Origin: Hypanus sabinus | Lineage: Eukaryota | Direction: 5' to 3' | Assembly (NCBI RefSeq): GCF_030144855.1 | Contig: NC_082722.1 | Coordinates: 26,784,001-26,848,000, forward strand | DNA length: 64,000 nucleotides | In this document: positions 24,619 to 38,255 of the stretch, piece after piece | Layout: each line of letters starts with the position of its first letter | Numbering within the stretch: position 1 is the stretch's first letter | The notes under the pieces: model-generated | Told to the model about the DNA's origin: nothing | Seen by the model: the letters and a program-made list of their open reading frames with translations, nothing else | Database searches by the model: none | Translations under genes and position numbers: made by a program

Positions 24619-27555
24619 CATTCAATGTGAATGGTGCTTAAAAACAAATGTCTTATACCCTCAGTCTAAATCGTGTAGGATGAAGTAAGTAGTTGATTCC
24701 GTGTTGTACGTGTAAGTTAACAAACTTCCGGACATTTGTCAAAGGTGAGACAATGCAAAACTTATACTCGAAATCACATGGTGATATAACAAAGGGGGAG
24801 AGCATCTGCTGGTGAGTGAAGGTGTACTTAATTGATATAGTTTTACTGGAAAAAATGTGGGCTTGAGTCAAAATCAGTATCAAGGTAGGAACTCCTGAAC
24901 ACTGAGGCCTGACACTTAATTGCCACCTGGATCGAATACATAGGGAGCGAAACTGTGAACAGACTTTGACAAAATTTATTTTCTGAGTAATTGTATTCTA
25001 GTAATAGTGGGCAACATAGTTCAAATGGATGACTCGTGTTTATCTATGTTTTCATTATGCAGTTTTCTGTTAATTCGGGATTGTCACTCGTAAAACTGTG
25101 GAAAACATAACCGTGGGAAAATACGTTTAATACGCTCGATACACATTCAGGAGGCTTAGAGGGTACAGTGAAATGAACACATGAAGTTAGCAAGTAATAT
25201 CAGCATGTAATGTGGAAGGGAATTATTGCTGCTCCGGGAATCCTTTAGGAAGTCTACAAGTTATACCTAGAGTTTTCATCGGACTAAAAAATGAACTTGA
25301 CAGAATGACGTAAAAGGTTGAATCGAGATCAGACTTGTATTAGGTTAGATGATTACACGTCCAATTGATGTGCGGATATCTATTGTCTGGAGAAGTATAG
25401 GATAAAAAGCAGCCGAGCCTATTCTCAGTCTTAGTAAGTAGCTCGTCAGTCTCTGGAAAAACCAAAGCAGATTTCTTTATTCTATACTGTATATTCTGCC
25501 ATTTTCCTATCAGTGTGCAGTGAGATTTGAAAGGACCCTATATGATAAGCTTGTATTGTTGATTCCCATGTGTGGATTTGTTTTCAGATGTATAAATGCT
25601 TCACAGTTACTTTTTCAAGGCGCTGAAACCTGATTGATTCTCGCATGTGCAGTGGGCGGATCGGAAATTTTAATTCTGATAATAATTTTGCTAAAGCTCA
25701 AGCTAAAAAGAACGCACGGTAAGAACACTGATCGCTGAGAACCATCCCCTCTATTTGCACAAAACAGAAGCGTTAATGACATTTAACTTCAAAACAGCAA
25801 ATTCCATTTACAGAATGATTGGACATGGATCGCGATTTTCGAAGCCGGATTTCAGTGACATTATTTTGGCACAATACCTGCTTGATCTTAAAATTCAACT
25901 ATTTCACCAGTCCACTGGAAATATGTTATATCTGATTAACGAATGTTGTTATGTCCCTTTGGAGTTCTTCAAGTGTCTTTTTTTTAATACAATGGCAGAT
26001 CCGCATTTTGAAACGTAAATGACTTGGCGTAGATCTAAACTCCCTCTGATTGTGTAAAGAACATTGGCCAACTTATATATGTCTCATTGGTTTTAATTTC
26101 CATTTTCGTTGTCATACTTAAATACAGTACCGCTGCTGTTATGCTATTAACACTTTACAGCCTCGTTGAAAGTCTGAGCATAGCACCAGGTTAATGCGGA
26201 ACACAGTATATTAGCACGACTGTTACCAACAAATACTTTCTGAAAGATCCGCAACTTCAGCAGTTGCACTTACATGATTAGTTCGATTGTTATCAAATAA
26301 ATAAAGTACAATGATTACAATGCAAATCATTTCTTTTAATTTCTTTTCTGAAGGGCGTAGCACAACATCTTTGGACGGATGACAGCATGAAGTCCTGGTA
26401 GGTGAAGGGACTCGCCTGGTTACAGAACGGGACATTGGCATATCAAAGATATCATGCATCTATTTATTCCATAACAATTTGGAGCATAGTAGGGAAAATA
26501 AAACTATTTTCCGCGTCAAATATATTTTCAAGTATATATCCAAAATTTATTTGAATGTTTCTGTTGCATCTGCTTCCTGTATGCTTTCAAGTTTTCGACA
26601 TCATTTCATAGCCGGTTGGATTGGAAGTGAAACGGTAATATTTACCATTGGAAGGTCAGTTGTTTTGACGAACAATTCAGCACACATCTAAGACTGTGAG
26701 AAACTACTAAATGCTGACTTACGAGAATCGCAGTTGACTGGACAATGGGAAAGTACAGTACGTGCACAAATCAATTTGTAATGTGTGCATCATTTGACCT
26801 GACGGACAGTAAGCAATGTCAAAATGTAACGAAATCTTGTTTTGTTGAAATGGTCTTCGCAATGTTAAATGCAGTTTTAACCCGATCCTAAACAAAGATC
26901 CGCACAGCAGTGCGTAACCTGCAGTAGAATCGAATATAGTTGTAACACAACCTTGTCGTATGTGTTGAACAATGGTAACCACATTTAAACGAAACTCCAC
27001 ATGGCACCTTCTAGTCCACGATGCTACGGTGAATGAGTATAATCCTCAATGTGGGAAGCAAAACCTAAAACGGATAAAAGTATTGTCGTCTCCCATTTCG
27101 ATTCAAAGCAGAAAATAATCTGCAGCAAACTACCGATTTTGGAAGGAGAACAAGCTGACGTTCCAGGCTGATGGTCCTTCCGCAGACGGCAACCCGTACG
27201 TTAACTATTTGTCTTCAACTGGTGGTACCAGATCTATTAAAAAATTGTGTGTTCTATTTCTCTGTTTTACTTCATTTTTCCAGCACATTAATGTTTCTTT
27301 TTGGTACTTGGATTTATTTTCATGATAACATTTTTCTTCTTCCTGTGTTTAATTAATCACTTTCCCCAGTTTAACGCAATTAGTTTTAATATTTCCTAGC
27401 AACATTAGGTGCAAATGAGCGACTGCAGCGACTACGATAAGGTAGCAATAAATACATCACTGTCTTCATTATGGTAGAATTCCGCTAAAACTTCTACCAG
27501 TATTCGTCACACTTCCTGAAATGTAGGGCTACTTCTTACAGTAATTTCCAAGTTC

Positions 27556-28548
27556 TGTCAAGGTCCGGTCCGTGAAATCCGTATTCCAGTTCACAGTCCG
27601 GTCCAAATTCCTTATTCCAGGTGTTCCGGGTTTCCCAAGTTCTATTGAGGCAGCTGATTCTTGTTTGAGCTGGCCCCATAAATAGCTTCAGTATCTTGCC
27701 TCGCCTTGCCTGTGTCTGGAGCCTCGCCTTGTTTGGAATTGTCTGTCTGTGTCCACGCCTTCGCTAGATAAGTCCGGCCGTTTTGCCGCTAACTAGCGTT
27801 GCGAACAGTCTCGTCGTATTCAGCGTTCTATGTTATGAGACCCGGCCCAACGTTCTGCACCAAAGGAGGGGTCCCAGTTCTGTGTTCTGTGTGATGAGAA
27901 CCGGCTCTACGTCCTGTATCCAAGGAGCGGTCCCGGCTCAGTGTTCTGTGTTCCCGTCATGTCCATGTGCCTAGCCCAGCACAGGAGTACATTGCCAGCC
28001 TGGTGCTGGGATTCCATCGTCCTGTGCTGGGGTTCCGTTGTCCTGTCTAGGAGTCACTCGTCCAGTCCTGTTGTCTCTCCCTCAACCAAGGCTCTGCGTT
28101 CTGGTCATGTCATTTTGCCTCGCCCAGCACAGGAGTACCTTGCCCAGCCCGCTGCTGGGATTCCCTCTTCCTGTGCTGGGGTTCCCTTCTCCAGTCCAGG
28201 AGTCTCACGTCCAGTCCTGTGCCTCTCCTCATCCTGTAGCCTTGTCTTTTCCTCGCATGTTTCTGGAGTTCGAACCCAAGTCAAGATCCAGGTTATGGGT
28301 CCTTTTCCAGTCTCTGGCTCGGAGCCTAAGCCCAGGCTCCTAGTTCCCAGTTTCATGTCCTGGTTCCGCTATCCTCATCAAGTCCTATCCCAGACACGGA
28401 ATCTTTGTCTCGTCCAGGGCCTGTGTCATGTCCAGCGCCCTTTCTTCCCGAGTTCCCTTGCTTCCTTCTCACGCCTAGTCCTGTTTCTGGTAGTTCAGTG
28501 TCTGTGTCTTGTATTTGGGACCCTTCCCAAAGCCCCCCCCCCCATGAC
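27556..28548. mobile_element. Solo-LTR-like element
   Basis: Begins TGTCA, ends CATGAC, about 1 kb, internally repetitive and non-coding; TSD not clean. Confidence 0.5.
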
Positions 28549-29245
28549 GTTGAAGATGAAGCATTTATGATCAATTTTTACTATTACTTTATTACTCTGA
28601 AATGCTATGCCATTATTTCAGCAAAACATTGCTAATTTTATTATTTACTGAAACGACTACGTCCGTTGGTTCTACCTTTTTCGATCGCAATTTAAGTGAT
28701 TTACCAGCAAAACCAATCAAATCAACAGAGGCACAGAATGTCTCTCCCCTGTTTCCGGCTCGAGTTAGGCGAGACTTAACATCAAGACTCACCATTTGCT
28801 CCAATATCCTTAACTTAAATGATGTGAGTGGTAAGGGTCACAGTTTCAGTTTGCAGCGTAGGGACGATTTGTGATCAGGGCAATGATTACGATAATTCGA
28901 CGCATGTGTAAACGATAGACAATGGGCCTGTGCCCAAGTACAGAAATTAGAGCGATGTAAGAAATAGACCTGGGCGATGAAAAAACAGATGGCAAGAACT
29001 GAGAACCCCATCCTATTCCTAAGATTGTAATAAGCGGTGATTTGAAAATCTAAACATGGCGACTTCCAGCCTGAAACGGTCAAGATCCTGCCTCCGGTAT
29101 GATGTATGGACAGTATCATTGACCGCAGAGAAAATGCTTTTCCAACAATATGTTAATCCTTGGTGTGAGGTTTTACAACTTAATTTAGTGTGTGATCACT
29201 GAGCTCTGCATTACTGAGATGTACTAAATATGTTTTTTTTGACAG

Positions 29246-29401
29246 GCCGAACAAGCACTGGTTGAGCACTCCTCTGCCTATGATTCAATAAACCATAGGG
29301 AGAAAAAACCATTTCGCAAAGACCGCCAACTGGAGGAGGGCGTTATCTATTCCGAGGTAAAGCAGAGAGAGTATCGTGACTATGATATAGATTTGCATTA
29401 A
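29246..29401 (+). CDS. Gene B tail exon T1 (open frame, two ITIM-type motifs)
   Basis: Acceptor TTTTTTTTGACAG, phase 0: AEQALVEHSSAYDSINHREKKPFRKDRQLEEGVIYSEVKQREYRDYDIDLH*. SAYDSI and VIYSEV, tyrosines 23 aa apart; VEH shared with gene C T1. Confidence 0.7.
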   Translation, partial: AEQALVEHSSAYDSINHREKKPFRKDRQLEEGVIYSEVKQREYRDYDIDLH

Positions 29402-29522
29402 GTATATAGCACGGTAACAGCCCCTTCCGGTGCTACTAGACCGTGCCGTTTAGTCACACCCACGTAACCAATTGACCTCCTATCCTGTAAGTCATTGGAG
29501 GAAACCGGAACATCCCAGAGGG

Positions 29523-29525
<3 letters not shown>

Positions 29526-29578
<53 letters not shown>
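29526..29578. repeat. (TA)n microsatellite
   Basis: About 26 consecutive AT units. Confidence 0.95.
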
Positions 29579-29583
<5 letters not shown>

Positions 29584-29779
29584 CATCATCCAATAGGAAG
29601 TTAATTTTCCAAACTTGAGGATACCATTACACTGATTACACCATTACAGGATACACTGTATCAAAATATGAAGTGAGTCATAGCTAATCCCCTTTCGATG
29701 AAACAACTTCATGTTCTGGTACAAGCATAATATTTTTCTTCTATCTGTGGAGACATAAATGTCGATTTCTCTAACATTT

Positions 29780-30235
29780 GTGAATTTCTCCAAAATTCCA
29801 TTCTCTCTTTTTTTCCCATTCTCCGTTTCACCTTTTCTCTTCTCGTCATCTGCCCATCAGGCTGCCCTCCACCCACGTGCTAGTCCTCCTTCCATTTTAC
29901 AGGGTCCACTGTCCTCTCGTCTCCGACTCCTTCAGACACCGTTTACCTTTTCCACCCAACACCTCCCAGCTTCTTACGTTATTCCCACCCCAGTCATCCA
30001 CATACCTTTGCACTCACCTGGTTTCACCTGTCACATGCTACTTTTCCCACACCCCCTTCACACCTTTATATTCAGAATTCTATCCCCTCATTTCCTGTCC
30101 CGATAAAGCGTCTCTATCAGAAACAATCGACAGTTTATTTACCTTCTTGCATGTTGCCTTTCCTAATGAGTTCCTTCAGTATTCTGTTTGCATTCATCAA
30201 GATTTCCAGCATCTGCAGAATCTCTGGAGATTACT
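29780..30235 (+). mobile_element. Penelope-like terminal fragment
   Basis: Pyrimidine-rich tract ending in the TTCCAGCATCTGCAGAATCTCT terminus shared by this family across the window. Confidence 0.55.
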
Positions 30236-30880
30236 TTTTCCTTACATTTAAACATTTAATTTCACATGTAATTTGCACGTGAAGAAACGCCAAAAAGCGC
30301 AAAACTGGGAATGCCATCCTTCCCAACGCCGATTATCAGCTCCATAATAAACACGAGTGACCGATAATAACTGAAGAGGACTGAACTACCAGAAATTCCG
30401 AATTTTGACAAAACTGTAATCAGAAAGCCTGACTAAACAAAGTGCCAACATTTATTCTATCAGATATGAGAGGTCCACTGACAACAATGTCCATGTGCTT
30501 TTGGAACTGTGTTGGCAGGTGTGGCTGAGCAAACACCTGTGAGATCCATAAACGAAACAAAATGCGGCAATCAGACACAGATGACAGAAAATACGATTGT
30601 ACTATAAGTTAGCCAATTGTTTTGTACCATATCTGCTATTTCAAGGATTTCTCTAAAGTCGTAACTTGACTTTGTTAAAGTTCTTTTTAGGTAAAGAAAA
30701 AAAACGCTAATATATGAATCATTAAGAGAGATCATGAAACAACGTTGACATAATTATGTTCAAGCATAAGCAACCTAAAGTTCATTACTGATAAGTGCAG
30801 CTCTAATTTATGTTACAATAGTGTGATAAAATTAATCACTAAATGCTGCACTTAACGTTGATTTTGAATTTTTTTCATAG

Positions 30881-31012
30881 ACTAAAGGAAATGGAGCTGA
30901 CAAAATGACTTATGCCGCTCTGCAGATTTCCGATTCGAATTATACACAGGCATCCAAACATCGAAGCAAACATACATTGTACGCAGATGTAAATACATCA
31001 AAGAATCTGTGA
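30881..31012 (+). CDS. Gene B tail exon T3 (open frame, ITIM-like plus ITSM-like motif)
   Basis: Acceptor TTTTTTTCATAG, phase 0: TKGNGADKMTYAALQISDSNYTQASKHRSKHTLYADVNTSKNL*. Tyrosines 23 aa apart; AATAAA downstream at 31197. Confidence 0.72.
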   Translation, partial: TKGNGADKMTYAALQISDSNYTQASKHRSKHTLYADVNTSKNL

Positions 31013-32320
31013 AGCTGAGAATCCAAATGCAGTTCAGAGTCATATATTATCAATGAGTGTAGGCCAGAGCATCGCCACGTTTTGTTTCTTGCATGCACCA
31101 GGGGTTGATGATCGATGTCACATGTAACAATTGCGAAGATAAATGATCATTTTGGTCTGCGACCTGTCTCCGATTCATTAGAGGTAATTGTCATAAAATA
31201 AAAGCAAAGAAAGAGAATGAATAATAGAAGAACAATAAACTATTCCAGCACTATTTACTGCCCGGCCATTTAAGGTGATAATGCCTGATATGCTCAGTCG
31301 TAGTCTCCCTTTCCGGTCTACTGCACAGACCCGATCATTCCAAGAAAAAAAACAGTTCCTTCCCCTTCAACGTTCCCCAATAGTTTTGCCCCCACAGACA
31401 TGACAGCATGAGAAGTAAATCCACCATTGGCGAGGATTTTTTTTTGACATGGAAAACCCGCCAATTAAAAATCTTTTCTTGCACACTTGGACCAACGTTC
31501 AACCGAGGGAAATATAGATCGGGCGATGTTCGAATATTCGCAGCGCGTTCTCGTGACAACACTTCTCTGGCTCAATTTTGATGGAGAGAGAAGCAGAATA
31601 GAGATTTCTGATTGGTAACCCGATGAATAGCTATAAATCTAACGCTTTCATTTACTGTCACACCCTTGATCACCCTTGTCACACCCTTGATCACCCTTGA
31701 TTCTCCCGAGATCCTTATACGTTATAACCGAAAGTATCGTGGAATGTGCAGTAATTGCAAGATGTTTGTGAAAACTCTTTATCTATGTAAACGATCCCGA
31801 TGGCTAGGAAAAAGTTTTGATTTTATGTTAAAAATCCATTCACATGCATAATATTACACAATTCGCTGGTTTACATGAAGAGTCTGATCCGAATGTTAAG
31901 AAAATTCGTTCAGTAGTCTCTAGTATTAACTCGGGTTGTCAAATCGAAGTTGATTTAAACGGATAACTCTTATTTATTTGCTGCATTTGAAGTTTCCCAA
32001 ATCTTTCATCCCTATAGTTAAATATATACTTTCCTTTCTTATACGTACTTTAAAAGAGCGACATACTTTTTTCAGTACAAGTTTCAATTAACAAGCATCT
32101 GTTGAATTAAAAACAATCCGGTCAGTATTTGTGAAATGCACTTGAAACTGATAAGGTATCTGCGGCTTTTTTCCCCTCGAATGCGATTCCCATCATTCCC
32201 TTCCAGTCGGAGAATATACTTTGCAATTCTAAACTCCAGGCTGGTAGTTTTGCACTCAAATTGATTTCATGCCCTCTCTCTCTTTCTCTTTCCCTCGCTC
32301 ACTCCCTCTCTCTCTCACCC

Positions 32321-32455
32321 NNNNNNNNNNNNNNNNNNNNNNNNNNNNNNNNNNNNNNNNNNNNNNNNNNNNNNNNNNNNNNNNNNNNNNNNNNNNNNNN
32401 NNNNNNNNNNNNNNNNNNNNNNNNNNNNNNNNNNNNNNNNNNNNNNNNNNNNNNN
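32321..32455. other. Assembly gap (135 N) flanked by CT/GA-rich simple sequence
   Basis: Run of N. Confidence 0.99.
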
Positions 32456-32959
32456 GGGGGAGAGTTTACTGCCGATTATCGAGTCGGAGAAATCGAAAAA
32501 GAGCGACGCAGCAGAACAGTAACTCAACGAGATTTTTGATTTGTTTTTCCCTTCTCACGAGATATCACACCTCTCTGTCCCTTTATTAGGGAGACAGGGA
32601 GATGTGACTTGTTGAATTCGTTGACGTGTCGATTAGTTTTACTGTACTGCAAATGATCGTCATTTTTGAGATCTTTGCAATTGTCTGCTTGCAAGGGTAG
32701 GAGCAACAGTGGGGGGTGGTAAATGGTACTTGTGCGTGGAAGGGGAGGAGAAGGATCCCCAGAAACTTCAAACGTTTTCTAACGTCTCTAGCCCCATTTT
32801 TAAAGTTTCTGCTGTCATTCATTTTTTGGTGTACTCTTCTGTTTTAATGGGTGCCCGCGCAGGCCACGAATTTCAGGTTGTATATTGTATGCATTCTCTG
32901 ATAATAAATTAGACAACATACTGTCTCTTCAACGATTTGTACTGTTGCACATGACTTCC

Positions 32960-33760
32960 CAGGTCCTGTACACATTGCCAGAATTTGCACTCAACGTCAG
33001 TAAGACGAAAGAGACTCTTGTGGACTTCAGGAAGTGTAAGACGAAGGAATACTCACTAATCTTTATAAAGAGATCAGAAGTGGGGAGAACGATCATTTTC
33101 AAGCCCCTGGGTGTCAGGCTGTCTGTGAATATAACCTAGAGCCGATATATCAATGCAGTTATGAAGAAGGCAAGGCAGCGACTATCCTTCGTTACGTGTT
33201 TGAAGAGATGTGCTATGTCAACAAATGCACTCAAGAACTTCTATAAGGTGTACTGTGGAGAGCATTCTGACAGGCCTTGTCAGTGTCTGGTATGGGGCGG
33301 GAGGAGGAGGGAGACCGGCTGCGCAGGCCTGAAAGAAGATGCAGATTGTCGTAGATTTAGTCGGATCGATCTCAGGTATAAGCCTACAAGGTACTCAAGA
33401 GATGTTTAAGGGGTGGTGTTTCAGAAAGCAACGTCCATTATTAAGGACGTGCTGCAACCAGGGCATGCCCTTTTCACACTGTTACCAGCAAGTAGGAAGT
33501 ACCGAAGCCTGAAGGCACAGACTCAGCAATTCAGGATTAGCTTCTTCCCATCTGCGATCGGATTCCTAAATGAACATTGACCCCGTAAAAACTACCACGG
33601 TAATCTATTTAATATAGGTATACTCTAGTAGATCTATTTATCTACTTATTTCTGTATTTATTTGTTTTTCCTTTTTCTAAATTATGTATTGCATTGAACT
33701 GCTGCTGCTAACTTCACAAACTTCACGATACATCCCGGTGATCAGAAACCTGATTCTGAT
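32960..33760 (+). mobile_element. Rex1/Babar-type LINE 3' fragment
   Basis: LNVSKTKETLVDFRK...KKARQRLSF...KNFY, HALF motif and GATTCT tail. Confidence 0.75.
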
Positions 33761-34439
33761 TCCGAATGTTGATGCAATTGTGACAAAGAACTTCTTGAAC
33801 AGCCTGTCCACCTCTGTCGTCAAATTTACAGATCAACTTGCCGGTATCTCTCAGTCTCCATGTTCTACTTCAGCGCCCAGGGCAATCTTTTGCGCAATTC
33901 CTGTCCCAGTGTAACTAACGAAAATGTAGCTCTTTGCAAATATCCCTGTTAAGTTCTATCCGCAATTTCTAGGCCCACATTCCCAGTTCCTAGTCTTAGT
34001 TAAATTTCACTGTCTAGTATATCATTAATTCCTCTGCATCCTGAGATTTATTAACAAATTGAAAATAGGATTAACTATTTCAGAGATGTCAAACAATACT
34101 GGAACTGGGGTCTACTTCTTCATTACATCACTAGCTGCAAGTTTCTACTCTTGGTATCAAGTCTCCACTGTCACTGGCTGATTCCTCTATGAAAATAATT
34201 TCTGTTCTTGTGTTCATTTGGCCGGCTCACTCTGGCTCTCGCGTCACCCAGCATTTTATACTAGATTGTTATACGAGACCGTGCAAAATTCCATTAAGAT
34301 ATAGTCCACTGTCCTGCCCTCAGCAATTGCCTGCATAGCTCTTCAAAACAAATGATGCAAGTTTGTGAGAGAGGATTCCCCATGAGCAATCAATGCTTAC
34401 GGTCACAATTATACTCATCACCTTTCCAAATTCTGATAA

Positions 34440-37400
34440 ATTCTGTCCTTCCTTCCACTATCTTTCCCAGAACCGATATTTGGATGTGTTAGATGTGGGA
34501 ATCCCGGGAATCTTTCAGTCTCCCAGAATGCAACATTTACGCCAGGTGTGCCGATATACAGCTCCTGACAGTCCGAGTTAGGGATCTGAAGCTGCGGCTC
34601 GATGACCTACAGCTTATTAGGGAGAGTGAACAGGAGTTAGAGAGGACCTAAAGGGAGTTAATTACCCCGAGGCTGCATCGTCAGATAAGCGGAGTAATTA
34701 GATCAGAAAGCAGAGAGCACCCCTGTGGCCATCCCCCTCGGAAATCGTTACCTCGCTTTGGAAACAGTTGAAGGGGACGACTTGACAGAGGATGACTACG
34801 GCGATCGGGTCTGTGGCACTACGCCTGATTCCATGGTGCAGAAGGGAAAGATGATTACGACGAATGCATTAATCATAGGTGTTTCCATTGTGAGGGAACA
34901 GACAGGAGGTTCTGTCAGCCTGATAGAGGTACCTGCATGGTTTGTTGTCTCCCATGTGCCAGGGAACGAATTGTCTAGGATCGGGTACAGAGTATTGTGA
35001 AGGCAGAGGGTGAACATCCAGATGTTGTGGTACTCTTTGGTACGAATGACATAGGTAGAAAAAGGAAGGAGGTCCTCAAAAGGGATTTCAATGAGTTAAG
35101 TAGGAAGCTGAAATACAGGACCTCTAGAGCAGTAACTTCAGTATTGCTACCTGTGCCCGTTGCTAGCCAGTGCAAGAATAGCATGATCAGGCGTATTAAT
35201 GTGTGGCTGATAGACTAAAGTATGTGGCAGGGCTTTAGATTCCTGGATCATTGGAGCGGCTTCTGGAGAAGTAAGACCCGTACAACGTGGACGGACTGGA
35301 CCTGAACCCAAAGGCGTCCAATGTCCTAGCAGGCACATTTAATAGATCTGTTAGAAAGAGCTTAAAAATTGACAGGCGATGGGGAAACGGAGTGATGGGG
35401 TCGAGAAATTTGAGAACAGAAATAAATCAAAGATAGAGTGCAACAGAAGAGAGAAAGAACAGACAAGAGATGAGACTTATTCACAGCCACTAGCATGTAT
35501 TACAGGGGAATACAGACGTGGTGTAGTTAAAACAGAAAACAATACATACTGGGCTGAAAGTGTTATATTTAAATACACGCAGCATAGAGAATAAAATGGA
35601 CGATTTTGAAATTCAGCTACAGATTAGCAAATATCACTTTGCGTCCATCGCTGAATATTGGCTAAACGATGGCTGTGAATGCGAGCCTAAATTACTAGGT
35701 TACACGGTGTATCAGAAAGATAGATTAGTAGTTCGAGGGGGCTGGTGTGGCTCTGAGTATAAGAAATCATATTAAATCATTATAAAGAGATGACATAGGA
35801 TTGGAAGGTGAAGAGACTCTTGGGTTCAGTTAAGAAATGGCAAAGGTAAAATGACCTCTAATGGCAGTTGTATGCAGCCCTCCAAACAGCATCCGGGATG
35901 TTGATTTCAATTTTACAGAGGAGATAGAAAAGGCGTGCCAGTAAAGCAATGCCATGATCATCGTTGGGGATTTTAACATTTAAGTGTATTGGAAAAGCCA
36001 GATCAGTACTGGACCTCGAAAGAGAACTTGTAGAATGTTCAAGGGAGGGATTTTTAGAACAGTTAGCAACTGAGCCCAAGAGGAGATCGGCTGTGTTGGA
36101 TTGGGTGTTGTGCAATGATCCGGAGGAGATAAGAGAGCTTAATGTTAAGGAACTCTTAGGGAACAGATATCACAAAATGATCGAGTTCACACTGAAATTT
36201 GGTAGGGATAAAATAAAATCTGATGTGTCATTATTTCAGTGGTATATAGGACATTACAATGGCATGGGAGTGGAATTAGTCGAAGTTGACTCCAAAGGGA
36301 CATTTGCAAGAAAGAGAGCCGAGCATAAATGGCTGGAGTTTCTGCAAAAAAAAAAAAAGTTTAAAAAAATGAGGGAAGTGCAAGACAGATATATTCCAAA
36401 TAAGACGAAATTTTCAAAGGGAGGAAGGACAGCACCTTGGCTGACAAGTGAAGTCAAAGCCAAAGTAAAGGCGAAAGGTAGGGCATACAAGTGCATCAGA
36501 GCTAGTGGGAAGTTAAAGGATTGGAAAGCTTTTAAAAACCTGCAGAACGAAACTAAGAAGGTCATTACGAAGGAAAAGATGAATTATTATAGGAAGCTAG
36601 TGAATAATATCAAAGAAGATACTAAAAGTATTTTTTTAACTATTTAAAGGTTAATGAGCAGTCGAGTGTAGATCGAGGACCAAAATAAAATAACGCTGGA
36701 GCAGTTGTGATAAGAGATGCAGAGATGACAGAGGGACTGAATGCGGATTTTGCATCAGTCTTCACAGCGAAAGACGTCTGTAGAATACCGGACATTCAAG
36801 AGTGTCAAGGAAGTGAAGTTTATGCAATGCAAATTACGACTGAGAATGTGCTCAGGAAGCTTAATGTACTAATGGTGGATAAATCATCTGGACCTGATAG
36901 ACTGCACCCTCAGGTTCTGAAGAAAGTAGCTGCGGAGATTGCTGAGGCATTAACAATGATCTTTCAAGAATCGATAGATTCTAGCATTGTACTGGAGGCC
37001 TGGAAAATTGAAAAGTTTACTCCTGTATTTAAAAAGGGTGTGAGACAGCAGAAAGGAAACGATGGACCAGTCAGCCTGACATCAGTGTTTGGGAAGTTGT
37101 TGGAATCAATTGTTAGGAATGAGATTGCAGAGCACCTGTAGGCACCTGACTAGATAGGCCAAAGCCAGCATGGTTTCCTGAAAGGAAAGTCCTGCCTGAT
37201 AAGCCTGCTGCAATTCTTTGAAGAAATTACAAGTATTGTTGGTGCAGTAGACGTTGTCTACCACAGGGGTCAGTGTGGGAACTGCTGCTTTTTCCGATGT
37301 GTGTCATTGATTTGGACTATGGGATTAATAGATTTGTGTCGATTATACAAAAATAGCTGGAGGAGCGAGTAGTGTTGAAGAAACAGGCAGCCTGCAGAGA

Positions 37401-38255
37401 GACTTAGATAGTTTAGGGGAGTGGATAATGAAGGGGGAAATGAAATACCATGTTGGAAAGCTCATGGTCGTGCACTTTGGGGGAAGAATTAAAAACAGGC
37501 ATACTAGAATTTAGATTGTGCGATAATTCAAAATGAAAAGGAACTTGGGAGTCCTCGTACAAGGAACGCTAACGGTTAACCTCCAGGTTGAATCAGTTGT
37601 GAAGAAGGCGAATGCAATGCTGACATTCATTTCTGGAGGTATAAAATATAAGTACAGGGATGTGATTTTTAGGCTCTAAAAGGCACTTGTGGGACCAGAC
37701 GGAGTATTGTGTGCAGTTTTGTGCTCCTTATTTTAGAGTGGATATACTTACATTGGAGAAGGTGCAGAGAAGATTCTCAAGAATAATTCCAGCAATGAAA
37801 GGGTTACTGCATGAGGAACGTCTGGCAGCTCTTTGGCTGTATTCCCTGGAGTTCAGGAGAATGAGGGGGTTCCCAAAGAAACATTCCGAATGTTAAAAAG
37901 CTTTAACAGATTCGATATGGCAATGTTATTTCTCATGCAAGGCGATTCTAGTACACGTGGTCACGGCTTCAGGATTGAAGGACGTCCAATTAGAACTAAG
38001 ATACGGAGAAGTTACTTCAGTATGAGGGTGGTATATCTATGTAATTTGTTACCACGAGCAGCTGTGGAGTCCTAGTGATCGGGTGTACGTAACGAAGAGA
38101 CAGACAGGTTCTTGATTAGCCAGGGCATCAAGCGTATGGGGAGAAGGCAGGGGAGTGGTGATGACTGGAATAATTGCATCATCCCACGATGGTGAGGCGG
38201 AGGAGACTCGATGAGCCGAATAATCTGCTTCTGTTACTATAGCTTATGTTTGGTC
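34440..38255 (+). mobile_element. Near full-length degenerate CR1 (ORF1 with SGNH/GDSL esterase, ORF2 APE endonuclease plus RT)
   Basis: VVVLFGTNDIGRK (esterase), LYLNTRSIENKMDD and GDFN-region (APE), SSGPDRLHPQVLK and QHGF (RT), YCVQFCAP, CR1 3' tail. Many stops and an internal deletion. Confidence 0.9.

Larger units (their letters stand above)
22163..31012 (+). pseudogene. Gene B: 5'-truncated paralogue (C1-TM-cyt1-T1-T3), no recognisable leader or V exon
   Basis: C1 exon 22163-22453 has the B-strand Cys codon changed to TGA (22225-22227) plus further stops and frameshifts. TM exon 25620-25718 has TGA at 25631 (AGA in gene A). The 44-nt exon 26354-26397 has TGA at 26380 (TGT in gene A). 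Flanking introns closely match the reverse complement of 1-3600. Confidence 0.85.

Noticed and set aside
27941-28570. 209-aa ORF and overlapping ORFs
   Set aside because: Low-complexity reading frames inside an LTR-like repeat with no domain motifs.
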